Under the pieces are notes generated by a model. That model saw nothing but the letters and a program-made list of their open reading frames with translations, had not been told where the DNA came from and searched no databases. DNA of 64,000 bases from Escherichia phage vB_EcoS_HdH2. How positions within the stretch are numbered: position 1 is the stretch's first letter; each line of letters begins with the position of its first letter. The stretch is taken from sequence record NC_048748.1. One strand, 5' to 3'. Below, one piece after another: positions 28,629 through 37,417 of the stretch. A program made the position numbers and the translations under genes.

Positions 28629-28850
28629 TCAGCCATCTTCGGATTCTCGTTGCTCGGCTACTGCTAGCCAGTCTGGTAAAAGAAACTTAGTACGAAACTC
28701 TTCATAAGATTCTTCTGGATAAAAGCTAAAACCTCCTTTCTCATCATTCAAGATAACAGAGCCGTCAGTTTGTTCATATGCTCGATATGTTTCTCCAATA
28801 ATGATAACTCGCTTATCAGTACTTTTATTACGAAACTCAAAAACGTGCAT
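28629..28850 (-). CDS. hypothetical protein
   Basis: 73 aa. Confidence 0.4.
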   Translation of the reverse strand: MHVFEFRNKSTDKRVIIIGETYRAYEQTDGSVILNDEKGGFSFYPEESYEEFRTKFLLPDWLAVAEQRESEDG

Positions 28851-28867
28851 AGAGATTCCTTAAAGAT

Positions 28868-28943
28868 TGGTGCGGGATACGAGAGTCGAACTCGTGTCTA
28901 CTGGTTGGAAGCCAGTTATTCTAGCCACTGAACTAATCACGCA
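28868..28943 (-). tRNA. tRNA-Gly (anticodon TCC)
   Basis: TTCGACT T-loop, CCA encoded, anticodon loop CTTCCAA; one acceptor mismatch. Confidence 0.5.
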
Positions 28944-28948
28944 TAAAT

Positions 28949-29023
28949 TGGCAGGAAAGTAGGGATTCGAACCCTAACTAAGAGATTCAAAATCTCCAGT
29001 GCTAACCGTTACACTACTCTCCA
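28949..29023 (-). tRNA. tRNA-Gln-like (anticodon TTG); acceptor/T-stem register ambiguous
   Basis: TTCGAAT T-loop, anticodon loop TTTTGAA. Confidence 0.4.
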
Positions 29024-29029
29024 ATTGTT

Positions 29030-29105
29030 TGGCTGGGATGCCACGGATCGAACGTGGAACCTTCGGAGTCAGAGGCCGACGATCTGCCAATTGATCTACA
29101 TCCCA
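29030..29105 (-). tRNA. tRNA, probable anticodon CTG (Gln)
   Basis: CCACG/TTCGATC/CGTGG T arm, perfect acceptor TGGGATG/CATCCCA. Confidence 0.45.
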
Positions 29106-29118
29106 ATAATTCTTTACT

Positions 29119-29313
29119 CTACGGAAATAGAGTAACTGGCTCAGGGTCTTCAAGACGCTTACCTTCATGATCTACTCGAATGACTCCACATCCTTCGCAA
29201 ACCACAACTGCACCATAACCTTCTTTGACTTCGGCTTCTGTAATCAAACCAGAAAGATCACCAGTATCTCTGCCCCACATATCAATGGAGCATTGTTTGC
29301 AGAAATCAGCCAT
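29119..29313 (-). CDS. small Cys-rich protein (zinc ribbon)
   Basis: CKQC ... CEGC pairs. Confidence 0.35.
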   Translation of the reverse strand: MADFCKQCSIDMWGRDTGDLSGLITEAEVKEGYGAVVVCEGCGVIRVDHEGKRLEDPEPVTLFP

Positions 29314-29338
29314 ATTTTATTTCCTATTTAAGTTAACT

Positions 29339-29415
29339 TGGGGTGGCTAGTGGAATTCGAATCCACATAGGCCTGATTCACAATCAGGATCATTAACCAA
29401 TTATGATATAGCCAC
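29339..29415 (-). tRNA. tRNA-His (anticodon GTG)
   Basis: Anticodon arm CCTGA/TTGTGAA/TCAGG, extra 5' G typical of tRNA-His. Confidence 0.55.
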
Positions 29416-29782
29416 AATTGAAAACTCGCAGGGTTAGCGAAACCTTCCTCAATTAGCATGTTCTAGAATACTAATCAAGTTATCTCCTATTGCACGCAGC
29501 TCAAGACGAGTACGAATTTTCAATTGTGGTGGCTCTCAGAAACTCTTCTATTCTAGCCTCAGAAGCTTACCCCCGAACGCCTGTCGGGAAAGTCTTTCCA
29601 AGAGCATCAAATAGCACCGTTACACTTTGAGCCATTGATGTATCGAGGAATAGAAGGACTTGAACCTTCATGAGTTAGACCATTTAACTCAACCGCTTTT
29701 AAGGTATATTTCTAGGAGTGGATGTTCCTAGTAAACCTATTGGGCAGTCCCATCTACCAATTCCGGCATATTCCAAGAACTT

Positions 29783-29965
29783 TTATAAACCAGCAGAAGC
29801 CTCATTTAAAGCATCAACAATAGCCTGTTGTTGAGTCCATCCTCTACCAGTAGAATTAACGTGTGGAAGATATACTTCCCAATAACCGTCTTCTAGTAAA
29901 GTTATTTGTGCACTAAACTCTGTGCCATCAGTTAGTGTAACCTTCACAGTTTTCGTTAAAGACAT
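29783..29965 (-). CDS. hypothetical protein
   Basis: 60 aa. Confidence 0.35.
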   Translation of the reverse strand: MSLTKTVKVTLTDGTEFSAQITLLEDGYWEVYLPHVNSTGRGWTQQQAIVDALNEASAGL

Positions 29966-29980
29966 ATATTACCCTATAAG

Positions 29981-30070
29981 TTGGCAGAAGGTAATGGAGT
30001 CGAACCATCACCGTATCACTACAGCGGGCTAGTTTTCAAGACTAGTTGCGTACCACTACGCCCTACCTTC
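29981..30070 (-). tRNA. tRNA-Ser (anticodon TGA), type II
   Basis: 90 nt with long variable arm; anticodon arm CTAGT/CTTGAAA/ACTAG. Confidence 0.55.
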
Positions 30071-30077
30071 TATTTGT

Positions 30078-30168
30078 TTGGCGGAAGAGGAGAGATTTGA
30101 ACTCTCAAGCCGTTTTACCAGTCAGCCACTTTCCAAGCGGTTTTCGTCGCCAATTCGATTTGCTCTTC
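30078..30168 (-). tRNA. type II tRNA (Ser/Leu class; anticodon possibly GGA)
   Basis: 91 nt, TTCAAAT T-loop, perfect 7-bp acceptor. Confidence 0.45.
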
Positions 30169-30280
30169 CAATAATAAGATGATGCCTCTATCACACCAGG
30201 CAGTTACGCCCCACTGGGATTCGAACCCATTAAAACAGCTCAACCGAGATAGTAGGTTTAATTTACTCTGAACATCAAAT

Positions 30281-30357
30281 TTGGTGCGTGACAAGGGATT
30301 CGAACCCTCAAAACCCGACTTCTAAGGACGGTATGTATGCCCATTCCATCAATCACG
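30281..30357 (-). tRNA. tRNA (anticodon unresolved, possibly TAG)
   Basis: GAGGG/TTCGAAT/CCCTT T arm and acceptor GCGTGAT/GTCACGC. Confidence 0.4.
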
Positions 30358-30362
30358 CGTAT

Positions 30363-30441
30363 TTGGTGGAGAATAACGGAATCGAACCGTTCTGATGTCC
30401 TCGGTGCAAGCGAGGTGTCCACTCCATGCAGACCCATTCCC
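30363..30441 (-). tRNA. tRNA-Ala (anticodon TGC)
   Basis: Anticodon arm CCTCG/CTTGCAC/CGAGG, T-loop TTCGATT. Confidence 0.5.
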
Positions 30442-30700
30442 CAAATTCTTTAGTTTACTAAGGCTATTAGCTCGGCGTAACTACAGCACCTTCGCTTCGA
30501 GCGGAAGGAACCGCGTCATCTCGCAAACCCGATACACTATTCAGTTGCCATGAATCTAGTGGACTAATCTAGAACTTCTCCCAAATCGTAGGGATCGTGC
30601 TTTTTGGCAGCCAGTCCTAGGTCGAGCTAATACCTTAGTGAACTATGATGAGGATTTCTCCCCATCAATTTATATAAATATTATAACAAGAAATTAAGCA

Positions 30701-31060
30701 TTAAGCAAGTACATTTTTGCAGATTTCTTGTAGTTCCTTTACATCACGAACGTAAAGATAGTCTGAACTTCCAGAGTGCATACTTTGCATAAACACACCC
30801 TCATCTGGCGCAGTATCCTTCAAAGTAATTCCTAACCAGAACTCGGCAAAACTAGGTGTTATCTCACCTTGACTTGCCTTGAATACATCGGCTTCTGTGA
30901 TCTCCTGACCAGTAGAAAGTCCCATATACGGTACGTTCAGATCAATATCTTTGTAGAATTCAGCTAGGTCTTGTTCGAAGTCCCAACCTTTAGAGATAGC
31001 GAACTCTATTGTTACATGACCGAAATAGCCTTGAACCTTGCTTGATAATTGCATTTGCAA
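30701..31060 (-). CDS. hypothetical protein
   Basis: 119 aa. Confidence 0.45.
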   Translation of the reverse strand: MQMQLSSKVQGYFGHVTIEFAISKGWDFEQDLAEFYKDIDLNVPYMGLSTGQEITEADVFKASQGEITPSFAEFWLGITLKDTAPDEGVFMQSMHSGSSDYLYVRDVKELQEICKNVLA

Positions 31061-31079
31061 TTCCTTATTTTGAGTTAAT

Positions 31080-31152
31080 TGGTACTCGGTGATAGAATCG
31101 AACTATCGCAACCGCCGTGTAAAGACGGGGTTCTCCCATTAAACTAACCGAG
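31080..31152 (-). tRNA. tRNA-Val (anticodon TAC)
   Basis: Loop TTTACAC, T arm GATAG/TTCGATT/CTATC. Confidence 0.5.
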
Positions 31153-31286
31153 CAAAAGATTTGCTACTAAAAATGCTTCGAACAGAAATTCACAAAATCC
31201 CGCTAAAAACATACCTATTGTAAAATCGGCAGAAAATACATAGGAATCTTTTATTTTCTGCTTCATTAAGTAAAACCAGATAGTCA

Positions 31287-31604
31287 TTAAAATCTCTCCA
31301 TTCTAAAGCCAATGAAGTAAGGTGCATTACACGGAACATGCTTAAGATCTTTGAGAGTAATTTTACGTCCTAAGCGTCGTTCCATACAAGTGAAACATAG
31401 AACAATATCTTTGGGCTGCTCTTTTCTTATCTGATCCCAGACCCAATCTTCAACCATACACATTTCATGGTATTGTTCACAGTCTCGACAATAATGACAC
31501 TGATGTTCTGGTACTTTTTGATTTTTAATACACAGTTCGGTAAAGCGTTTTCCGGCTCTGCCAGACATTTCTGATATTGTTTCTAGAACTTTGTTAATAT
31601 TCAT
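31287..31604 (-). CDS. Cys-rich hypothetical protein
   Basis: 105 aa; CHYCRDC ... CFTC. Confidence 0.45.
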   Translation of the reverse strand: MNINKVLETISEMSGRAGKRFTELCIKNQKVPEHQCHYCRDCEQYHEMCMVEDWVWDQIRKEQPKDIVLCFTCMERRLGRKITLKDLKHVPCNAPYFIGFRMERF

Positions 31605-31621
31605 AACAAATTCCTTTAAAT

Positions 31622-31700
31622 TGGTAGATCGCCTGGGACTCGAACCCAGAACCTTCCGATTAAAAGTCGGATGCTGCTAAACCTATTGCGCTAGCGACCT
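31622..31700 (-). tRNA. tRNA-Lys (anticodon TTT)
   Basis: Anticodon arm TCCGA/CTTTTAA/TCGGA, T arm CTGGG/TTCGAGT/CCCAG. Confidence 0.55.
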
Positions 31701-31889
31701 ATTAGTAGCCATTATATACTTCTTTAATAGAATGGACTTTTAAGTAAGAATGATTAATCCCAAACTCCGCCATTACTTCTTTTTCATCTTTTCCATAATG
31801 TGCAAGTAAGGATCTTGAGGTATTATTACCTAAACGTTTGTCACTTACTACTAATCGAAATACTTTCATTTCGAAATCCTCTATTAAAA

Positions 31890-31967
31890 TGGAAGCGGGT
31901 GCAGGAATCGAACCTACCTCTTTCTAGCTTATGAGACTAGCGATCTCTACCAGAGATCTAACCCGCA
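31890..31967 (-). tRNA. tRNA with CAT anticodon (Met/fMet/Ile2)
   Basis: Anticodon loop CTCATAA; U-U at acceptor 1:72. Confidence 0.45.
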
Positions 31968-31973
31968 ATTGTT

Positions 31974-32049
31974 TGGTCAGTGCGGCAGGACTCGAACCTG
32001 CGACCCGAAGCATCCAAGGCTCCCACGCTACCAACTGCGCTACGCACTG
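31974..32049 (-). tRNA. tRNA-Pro (anticodon TGG)
   Basis: Perfect acceptor CAGTGCG/CGCACTG, anticodon arm GGAGC/CTTGGAT/GCTTC. Confidence 0.55.
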
Positions 32050-32258
32050 TTAATTTTTGTTAACTCACTTTATAAAATATATTATACAGATAATTAAGCA
32101 TAATAGCAAATGAATTTTTAATAAATTTACTTATTGTGTAGGCCACCTGGAGGCTACCAACCCCACGGCTGACAAAGAAGTTTGCGAGACTTCTCTTAAA
32201 AGCCAGAATAGACCCGCCGATCTATCGGAACCTACATAATAAGTAAACTTTATAGTGT

Positions 32259-32379
32259 CATTCTAGACAGGATTCGAACCTGTTATCCCTTGTGCGGACT
32301 TACGAGAACCCTTCTTTCACTCGAATCGAACGAGCTTCTGCCCTCGCCAAGTTGGTTTCCCCATCAACCACGCTAGAAT
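32259..32379 (-). ncRNA. tRNA-like element about 121 nt with two T-arm-like hairpins and a matched acceptor-like stem
   Basis: ATTCTAG/CTAGAAT ends, D-arm-like TGGT...ACCA, hairpins GCTCG-TTCGATT-CGAGT and ACAGG-TTCGAAT-CCTGT. Confidence 0.35.
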
Positions 32380-32501
32380 GTTTGGTTGTTTTCAGTGCAA
32401 GAGTCCGAGTCTTGGACACGACCGCTTCGCAAGTACATAGGCAGCTTATCATGAGTCAGCACTTCCGAATTGCTAGCTCCGTGTTCTGCACTGAAATTTT
32501 A

Positions 32502-32849
32502 TTAGTTTAACCGTAAAGTATTATCTACTTCAACATTAATTGTTCGGCATTCCTCTGGGATTGCTGGGGTGGCCTTGTATTCCCACCACTCAGCACCGTC
32601 ATACTCCCCACGTTCTAGCCAAGTTCCATCGGCAAACCATACATTACCATAAAGTAATTGTCCACCGTATCCAGAATCATATTCAAAGTCTAGGTTATTA
32701 AGAAAATCCTCAATATCTTCTTCTGTATAGCCTAAAGGTAGTACCCAAATTTTTTTATCCCCATAATACCCGAATTCTATTTTAATACACTTAACTTTAG
32801 AATTGGTATTTTTTAAGGCGAGTAACAGCTCTTCTTTAGCATTACGCAT
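32502..32849 (-). CDS. hypothetical protein
   Basis: 115 aa. Confidence 0.45.
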   Translation of the reverse strand: MRNAKEELLLALKNTNSKVKCIKIEFGYYGDKKIWVLPLGYTEEDIEDFLNNLDFEYDSGYGGQLLYGNVWFADGTWLERGEYDGAEWWEYKATPAIPEECRTINVEVDNTLRLN

Positions 32850-32874
32850 AGTATATTCTCATACTGAATTAATT

Positions 32875-32951
32875 TGGCGCGACCGATGGGATTTGAACCC
32901 ACATTCCCTCCCGTGACAGGGGAGTACCATTACCAAGCCAGCCCCGGTCGC
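32875..32951 (-). tRNA. tRNA-Asp (anticodon GTC)
   Basis: Perfect acceptor GCGACCG/CGGTCGC, anticodon arm CTCCC/CTGTCAC/GGGAG. Confidence 0.55.
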
Positions 32952-32960
32952 ATAATTTAT

Positions 32961-33146
32961 TTACTCAGCTTTGAGTTTTTCAATAGCTGCATTAAGTTCT
33001 TTAAGAAACTCTTTTCGTACATTAAGACGATTGAGACTTACTAGTATATCATGTTTAAGTTCTTCGATGTATTTCTTCTCAACTTCAATATTGTTGATAG
33101 TGCTATCACGATGAACTTCTAGCTGCGCAATCACATTCTTGGACAT
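32961..33146 (-). CDS. hypothetical coiled-coil protein
   Basis: 61 aa. Confidence 0.35.
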   Translation of the reverse strand: MSKNVIAQLEVHRDSTINNIEVEKKYIEELKHDILVSLNRLNVRKEFLKELNAAIEKLKAE

Positions 33147-33247
33147 GCTTGTTTCCTCAGTTATTAATGAAAATGGTATCTGTGGCTGAATTCGATGTCA
33201 GCAATGATAGCTGGTTGGCTACCGGTTTACTTAACTCTACACAGAAT

Positions 33248-33330
33248 TTGGCGGGCCGTGTAGGATTCGAACCTACGTTGTCTTTCGACATGGATTAACA
33301 GTCCACCGCCAAACCGCTTGGCTAACGACC
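33248..33330 (-). tRNA. tRNA, anticodon GTT (Asn) by manual fold, unusually long variable region
   Basis: 83 nt; D arm GCCA...TGGC, loop CTGTTAA. Confidence 0.4.
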
Positions 33331-33483
33331 CTAAATTTATATTGCTGACTAGGATTTTCACCTAGACGGAGTTAGCACCGTAGCGTGTAGCGGCATACCT
33401 CTCCAAACCGTGCCTCATCTTTCAATTACGGAGACAGTGTTCCTACGCGTGCCTGAATTGATTTAACAATTCTTTCAGCAAAT

Positions 33484-33559
33484 TGGACGACCGCATGAGA
33501 TTTGAACTCACATAAAAAGGATTTGCAATCCTTCGCCTAAGCCATTCAGCCAACGGTCG
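33484..33559 (-). tRNA. tRNA-Cys (anticodon GCA)
   Basis: Anticodon arm AAGGA/TTGCAAA/TCCTT, T-loop TTCAAAT. Confidence 0.5.
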
Positions 33560-33628
33560 GTTTATCTTGTTCTGTTATGTTGCTTCTCCAGTTCAATTTA
33601 TGTAATTATTATACAGAACTTTCGGAAA

Positions 33629-33901
33629 CTAAGCAACTACATTTTTTAAGAATTTGATGCCTTTCTTTTTCTTCTTATATTTCCACGTTAATGGATTCTG
33701 TCGATTATGAACGCTTGAGATCTTCGTCTCGTCAAAGTTCTTCAATATCATGTAATCACAAGATAATTGTTCTAGTGGAATGTGATCACCGTCAAAAGCA
33801 TATACATAAGGCTGTTGACTAGCACGATAATGATAGACTTTATTAATTCTACGTTTCAGCGACTTATCCGCGCAGTAAATAAAGAAGTTTTCAGGATGCA
33901 T
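33629..33901 (-). CDS. hypothetical protein
   Basis: 90 aa. Confidence 0.4.
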   Translation of the reverse strand: MHPENFFIYCADKSLKRRINKVYHYRASQQPYVYAFDGDHIPLEQLSCDYMILKNFDETKISSVHNRQNPLTWKYKKKKKGIKFLKNVVA

Positions 33902-33918
33902 CAGCAGCTCCTTTAATT

Positions 33919-33993
33919 TGGTGCACCCTGTTCGTATCGAACGAACCTCTCAAGCTCTTCAGGCAAGCGCTAATCCATCTCAGCTAAAGGTGC
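33919..33993 (-). tRNA. tRNA (anticodon unresolved)
   Basis: T arm GTTCG/TTCGATA/CGAAC, CCA encoded, 7-bp acceptor with G-U. Confidence 0.4.
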
Positions 33994-33999
33994 AAATTT

Positions 34000-34076
34000 T
34001 GGCAAACCTACTAGGACTCGAACCTAGACCGTACGGTTTTGGAGACCGACATGCTGTCCAGTAACACTCTAGGAAT
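34000..34076 (-). tRNA. tRNA-like, possible anticodon CCA (Trp); acceptor pairing poor
   Basis: T arm CTAGG/TTCGAGT/CCTAG, loop CTCCAAA. Confidence 0.3.
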
Positions 34077-34083
34077 GCAGAAA

Positions 34084-34161
34084 TTGGCGTCCTGTGCGGG
34101 GATCGAACCCGCAAATCCTACCTTGAAAGGGTAGTGACTTTACCAGTTTGTCTAACAGGAC
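34084..34161 (-). tRNA. tRNA-Glu (anticodon TTC)
   Basis: Perfect acceptor, anticodon arm CTACC/CTTTCAA/GGTAG. Confidence 0.55.
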
Positions 34162-34168
34162 TTAAATT

Positions 34169-34259
34169 TGGTGTTGGATGATGGAGTCGAACCACCCGAG
34201 ACCCTTCCGAGTCGGCAGATTTACAGTCTGCTTCGCTACCTCTACGATACTAATCCAAC
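34169..34259 (-). tRNA. tRNA-Tyr (anticodon GTA), type II
   Basis: 91 nt, anticodon arm GCAGA/CTGTAAA/TCTGC, long variable arm. Confidence 0.55.
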
Positions 34260-34387
34260 ATATTTAAAAGTATTCAAATACTAGTTTAAACACTTTTAAA
34301 TATGTTTCCGAATTAGATAACTATTATACCAAGTTTTAAGGCACTGAGCAAGTCAAATTTTAAAGAACTTGCTCAGTGCTGTATTAG

Positions 34388-34663
34388 TTAGTCGAACTTA
34401 GGAGTGACAGTTAAGGAGAACGGAAGTTCGAAAACTTCTTCGCCCTCATTACTAACGGTAACTACACGACCTTTAAGTTCAGACATTAAAATATCAATAT
34501 CAGCTTTTGCATCTGGAGCCATGCCAGCTTCAATACATTTAGCTTTAACTTCCGGTAAAAGCTCTACGTTATAGAGATAGAGCCACTCAATCTCACCTTC
34601 CCAGTCTTCCCAGGATTTGCAGATTGCACTTTCAATACCAGTTGCTACAACACGATTTTGCAT
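34388..34663 (-). CDS. hypothetical protein
   Basis: 91 aa. Confidence 0.4.
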   Translation of the reverse strand: MQNRVVATGIESAICKSWEDWEGEIEWLYLYNVELLPEVKAKCIEAGMAPDAKADIDILMSELKGRVVTVSNEGEEVFELPFSLTVTPKFD

Positions 34664-34753
34664 TCGTTAACTCCTTCATCAATTTATACAACTATTATAT
34701 CAGAAATTTAAAGCAAAAGGCAAGTACATTTTTAAAAATTCTGTTTGGAGGAG

Positions 34754-34960
34754 CTAAACTCCAGATTCTTCAGCTAAGTCTAGACTAATAAGAGTTATAG
34801 CCATAATTGCTGCACCGTGTTCTTTTTCTCCGGTGTTTTTAGCAGAGTCTATAATATCCTTAATCTGTTCGTAATAACTTTTTACTTCTTGTTCAATGCC
34901 TGCCTCGGCTATCATGCCTTTAGCCATGAATCGTTGCATGGTAATTTCAGGATTAGCCAT
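34754..34960 (-). CDS. hypothetical protein
   Basis: 68 aa. Confidence 0.35.
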   Translation of the reverse strand: MANPEITMQRFMAKGMIAEAGIEQEVKSYYEQIKDIIDSAKNTGEKEHGAAIMAITLISLDLAEESGV

Positions 34961-35134
34961 GTTGTTTCTCCAGTTTCATTTTTAATAGTTTACAGAGGAA
35001 ATCAACGTCTTCATCTGTGCCTAAGTCTCTATCCTCAAGGGTCGCCTTGAAGTTTTTCGTCAATTCCATGAGGATGACTTCCCTAGAACGACGTGTTAGC
35101 GGAGGTGGATGTCTATACATCTTATTTCCTTAAT

Positions 35135-35211
35135 TTGGTAGGGGTGGTGGGATTCGAACCCACAAAACCTGAATTTTAAGTCCAGTACCTATGCCAATTC
35201 GATTACACCCC
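35135..35211 (-). tRNA. tRNA (type I length; apparent anticodon TAA, assignment uncertain)
   Basis: T arm GTGGG/TTCGAAT/CCCAC, acceptor GGGGGTG/CACCCCT. Confidence 0.4.
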
Positions 35212-35428
35212 CGTGTAATTTAGTCAATTACTTTTGAAGCTTCAAGGTAGTCGATATAGTGTACGTTTTCTACCGTAATCATATAATCTGCCACTTTATC
35301 CATAGCTTGGGCTTCAGAGGTAGCTCTGGCTAACCTATATCCTTTTTTATATTCATCAGGGTATTCTCTATCTTGAATAAACACAACATAAACTATGTAT
35401 AATTCCACTTGTAATCCCCTAATTAAGT

Positions 35429-35506
35429 TGGTGGCTCCCCGAGGATTCGAACCTACGTACCTTCCGGTTATGAGCCGGGTGCTCATACCATATGAGCTTG
35501 AGAACC
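35429..35506 (-). tRNA. tRNA-like with CAT anticodon; T stem has a bulge
   Basis: Acceptor GGTTCTC/GGGAGCC pairs with G-U; loop CTCATAA. Confidence 0.35.
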
Positions 35507-35512
35507 AGAATT

Positions 35513-35601
35513 TGGCGGAAGAAGTGGGAATCGAACCCACAAGGCTATATTTCAAACCGACAGATTAGCAATCTGCTGCAATACCGTTATGCTATTCTTC
35601 C
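35513..35601 (-). tRNA. tRNA-Ser (anticodon GCT), type II
   Basis: 89 nt, perfect acceptor GGAAGAA/TTCTTCC, loop TTGCTAA. Confidence 0.5.
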
Positions 35602-35621
35602 GAATTTATAAATATATTATA

Positions 35622-36191
35622 TTAGAAATTTAACTTCATAGCAAGAAAATTTTTCAAGTTTTCGGTAGACATCTCATCCACATCTATAGGAGAAACAAAC
35701 CCATTTAATTGTCTAGCAAACTTTTCGCCAGCAGGATCATTATCCCCAACAGCTACCAATTTAAAAGGTAGTAATTTCAATTGCTTTAACAACGCTTTTC
35801 CGGGGGAAGAACCCAACATTGCTAGGGCAGGATAACCAGCGTTATGTAACGCAACTGCCTTAAATACAGATTCAGCAATCAATACTACTTTTTCATCTCC
35901 ATTGAGAGTTTCTAGTCCCCATACACACTGTGTAGTAGAATAAGTAAAATATTTAGCCTCAAAGGGACACTTACCATGACCTTTTGGAGCAGAAGGATTA
36001 TAAGTCTGATAGCCTCTCAACATCCCAGAGAAGTCATACAATGGGACTGTTAGCCAGCCTTCTGGGCTTAACCAGCAATGATATTTATCTGTATCAAACC
36101 CTCTAGATAAGAGATGTTCTGTTAGTTCATCAACAGTCATATTAGATTCCTCTCTCAAATTTATAAATATATTATACAGAGAATTTAGCAT
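35622..36191 (-). CDS. hypothetical protein, possible Toprim-like fold
   Basis: LIAESVFKAVAL ... VAVGDNDPAGEKFA resembles E...DxD Toprim signature; weak. Confidence 0.4.
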   Translation of the reverse strand: MLNSLYNIFINLREESNMTVDELTEHLLSRGFDTDKYHCWLSPEGWLTVPLYDFSGMLRGYQTYNPSAPKGHGKCPFEAKYFTYSTTQCVWGLETLNGDEKVVLIAESVFKAVALHNAGYPALAMLGSSPGKALLKQLKLLPFKLVAVGDNDPAGEKFARQLNGFVSPIDVDEMSTENLKNFLAMKLNF

Positions 36192-36315
36192 TCAAGCAAT
36201 TGAATTTTTTAACTTTTTAGAGGAAAATCATAGGATGCTTAAGGGTAGCAGATAAGTGGTGAGTACCGAAATTTGTGACCCCACTAAAAATCTGGGGGCA
36301 ATTTTTAAAGACCCC

Positions 36316-36344
36316 TTGACATTTTCGCCGGGGTAGTGTAAAGT
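36316..36344 (+). promoter_or_regulatory. sigma70-type promoter (TTGACA-17-TAAAGT, TG-extended)
   Basis: Consensus -35; precedes the plus-strand three-gene cassette. Confidence 0.5.
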
Positions 36345-36406
36345 ATATGTTATGGATGAGTGATCAAAGAGACACACATTTTCTATATACTAGGAGGTGT
36401 CAAAAA

Positions 36407-37396
36407 ATGACAGAAGAAGTAGCTAAGAGTCCTGAAACCGTCGCTAGCGTAGCAGCAGAACTGCATCGTCACGAGGAATCAGATAAGAAAAAGTGGGAGA
36501 AAGTCAAAGCCTACGAAGAAGAACATCGTGAACACGATGATAAAGATGAAGAAGATGACGATGATGAACATTGTCATAAATATGGAAAACATAAAATGCA
36601 AGAACCAGTAAACGTATTTACTAACGGCTTCCCTGGCATGGGTGCATTCCCAGCTAACGCAAGTGCTTTCGGTGGAGAAGGTATGGGCCTATTCGGAGCT
36701 ATCCTAATCGGTGCTCTATTAACAGGCGGATTTGGTGGTTTCGGTGGATTCGGTGGACGTGGTGTAGTTAGTGATGGTACCGCAGTTGATGCAGTACTTC
36801 AGAACCAAGATACCGCTAGTATTCTAGCAGCTATTAACACTACTCGTACAGAAGCTAATCAGGGTACTGGAGCTGTTTTAAGCGCAGTTAACAATGGTTT
36901 TAGCCAGACATCCCAAAACCAGAGCCGTGATACTCAGTCTGTACTAACTACGATCTATGGTACAGGTGCTAATCTGTCTAATCAGATCTGCCAGGAAACT
37001 CGCAACGTTATTCAGGGTCAGTTCGATCTTTCTCGCCAGATTGATCAATCTTTCGCAGCTAACCAGATAGCTCGTGCACAAGATAAGTTTGATTCTGCAC
37101 AGATCGCTTTCCAGCAGACTTTACAAACTAATAACCAGTTTGCCGCTGTTCAGGCTCAGATGTGTGCTAACCAGAACTCTCTGGAACGTCAGATCGCTGA
37201 ATGTTGCTGTGAACTTCAGACTGCGATCGCTGGTGTAACTACTGCGCGTATCCAGGATGAGTTAGACGCATGTCGCCTACGTGAAGCAATCGCTGCGGGT
37301 AGCGGTGCTAACGGTCAGGTAATTAATCAAATCGCTTTAAGTCTTGGTGCTATCACTCAGACTCTGGCTGGTCTGCAGGCTAAACTGCCGGCTTAA
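36407..37396 (+). CDS. membrane protein: acidic His-rich N-terminus, Gly-zipper TM segment, Q/N/T/A-rich C-terminal domain
   Basis: ORF 36347-37396 trimmed to MTEEV after aggagg RBS; GLFGAILIGALLTGGFGGFGGFGG segment. Confidence 0.5.
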   Translation: MTEEVAKSPETVASVAAELHRHEESDKKKWEKVKAYEEEHREHDDKDEEDDDDEHCHKYGKHKMQEPVNVFTNGFPGMGAFPANASAFGGEGMGLFGAILIGALLTGGFGGFGGFGGRGVVSDGTAVDAVLQNQDTASILAAINTTRTEANQGTGAVLSAVNNGFSQTSQNQSRDTQSVLTTIYGTGANLSNQICQETRNVIQGQFDLSRQIDQSFAANQIARAQDKFDSAQIAFQQTLQTNNQFAAVQAQMCANQNSLERQIAECCCELQTAIAGVTTARIQDELDACRLREAIAAGSGANGQVINQIALSLGAITQTLAGLQAKLPA

Positions 37397-37417
37397 TATT
37401 AAGGGGAGGAGCCCATT

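Noticed and set aside
28974-29168. ORF 28974-29168 (64 aa)
   Set aside because: Overlaps two tRNA genes on the same strand
30185-30280. Possible tRNA with GGGTTCGAATCCC T-loop at 30205-30225
   Set aside because: No 5' acceptor strand pairs with the 3' end, and the next tRNA starts at 30281; possibly a decayed tRNA, not annotated as a gene
32292-32510. Plus-strand ORF 32292-32510
   Set aside because: Lies over the tRNA-like element and hairpin-rich DNA in a minus-strand region; no RBS
35220-35555. ORF 35220-35555 (111 aa)
   Set aside because: Its 5' half overlaps a tRNA-like gene; at most the 3' 60 codons could be a real small gene with an alternative start
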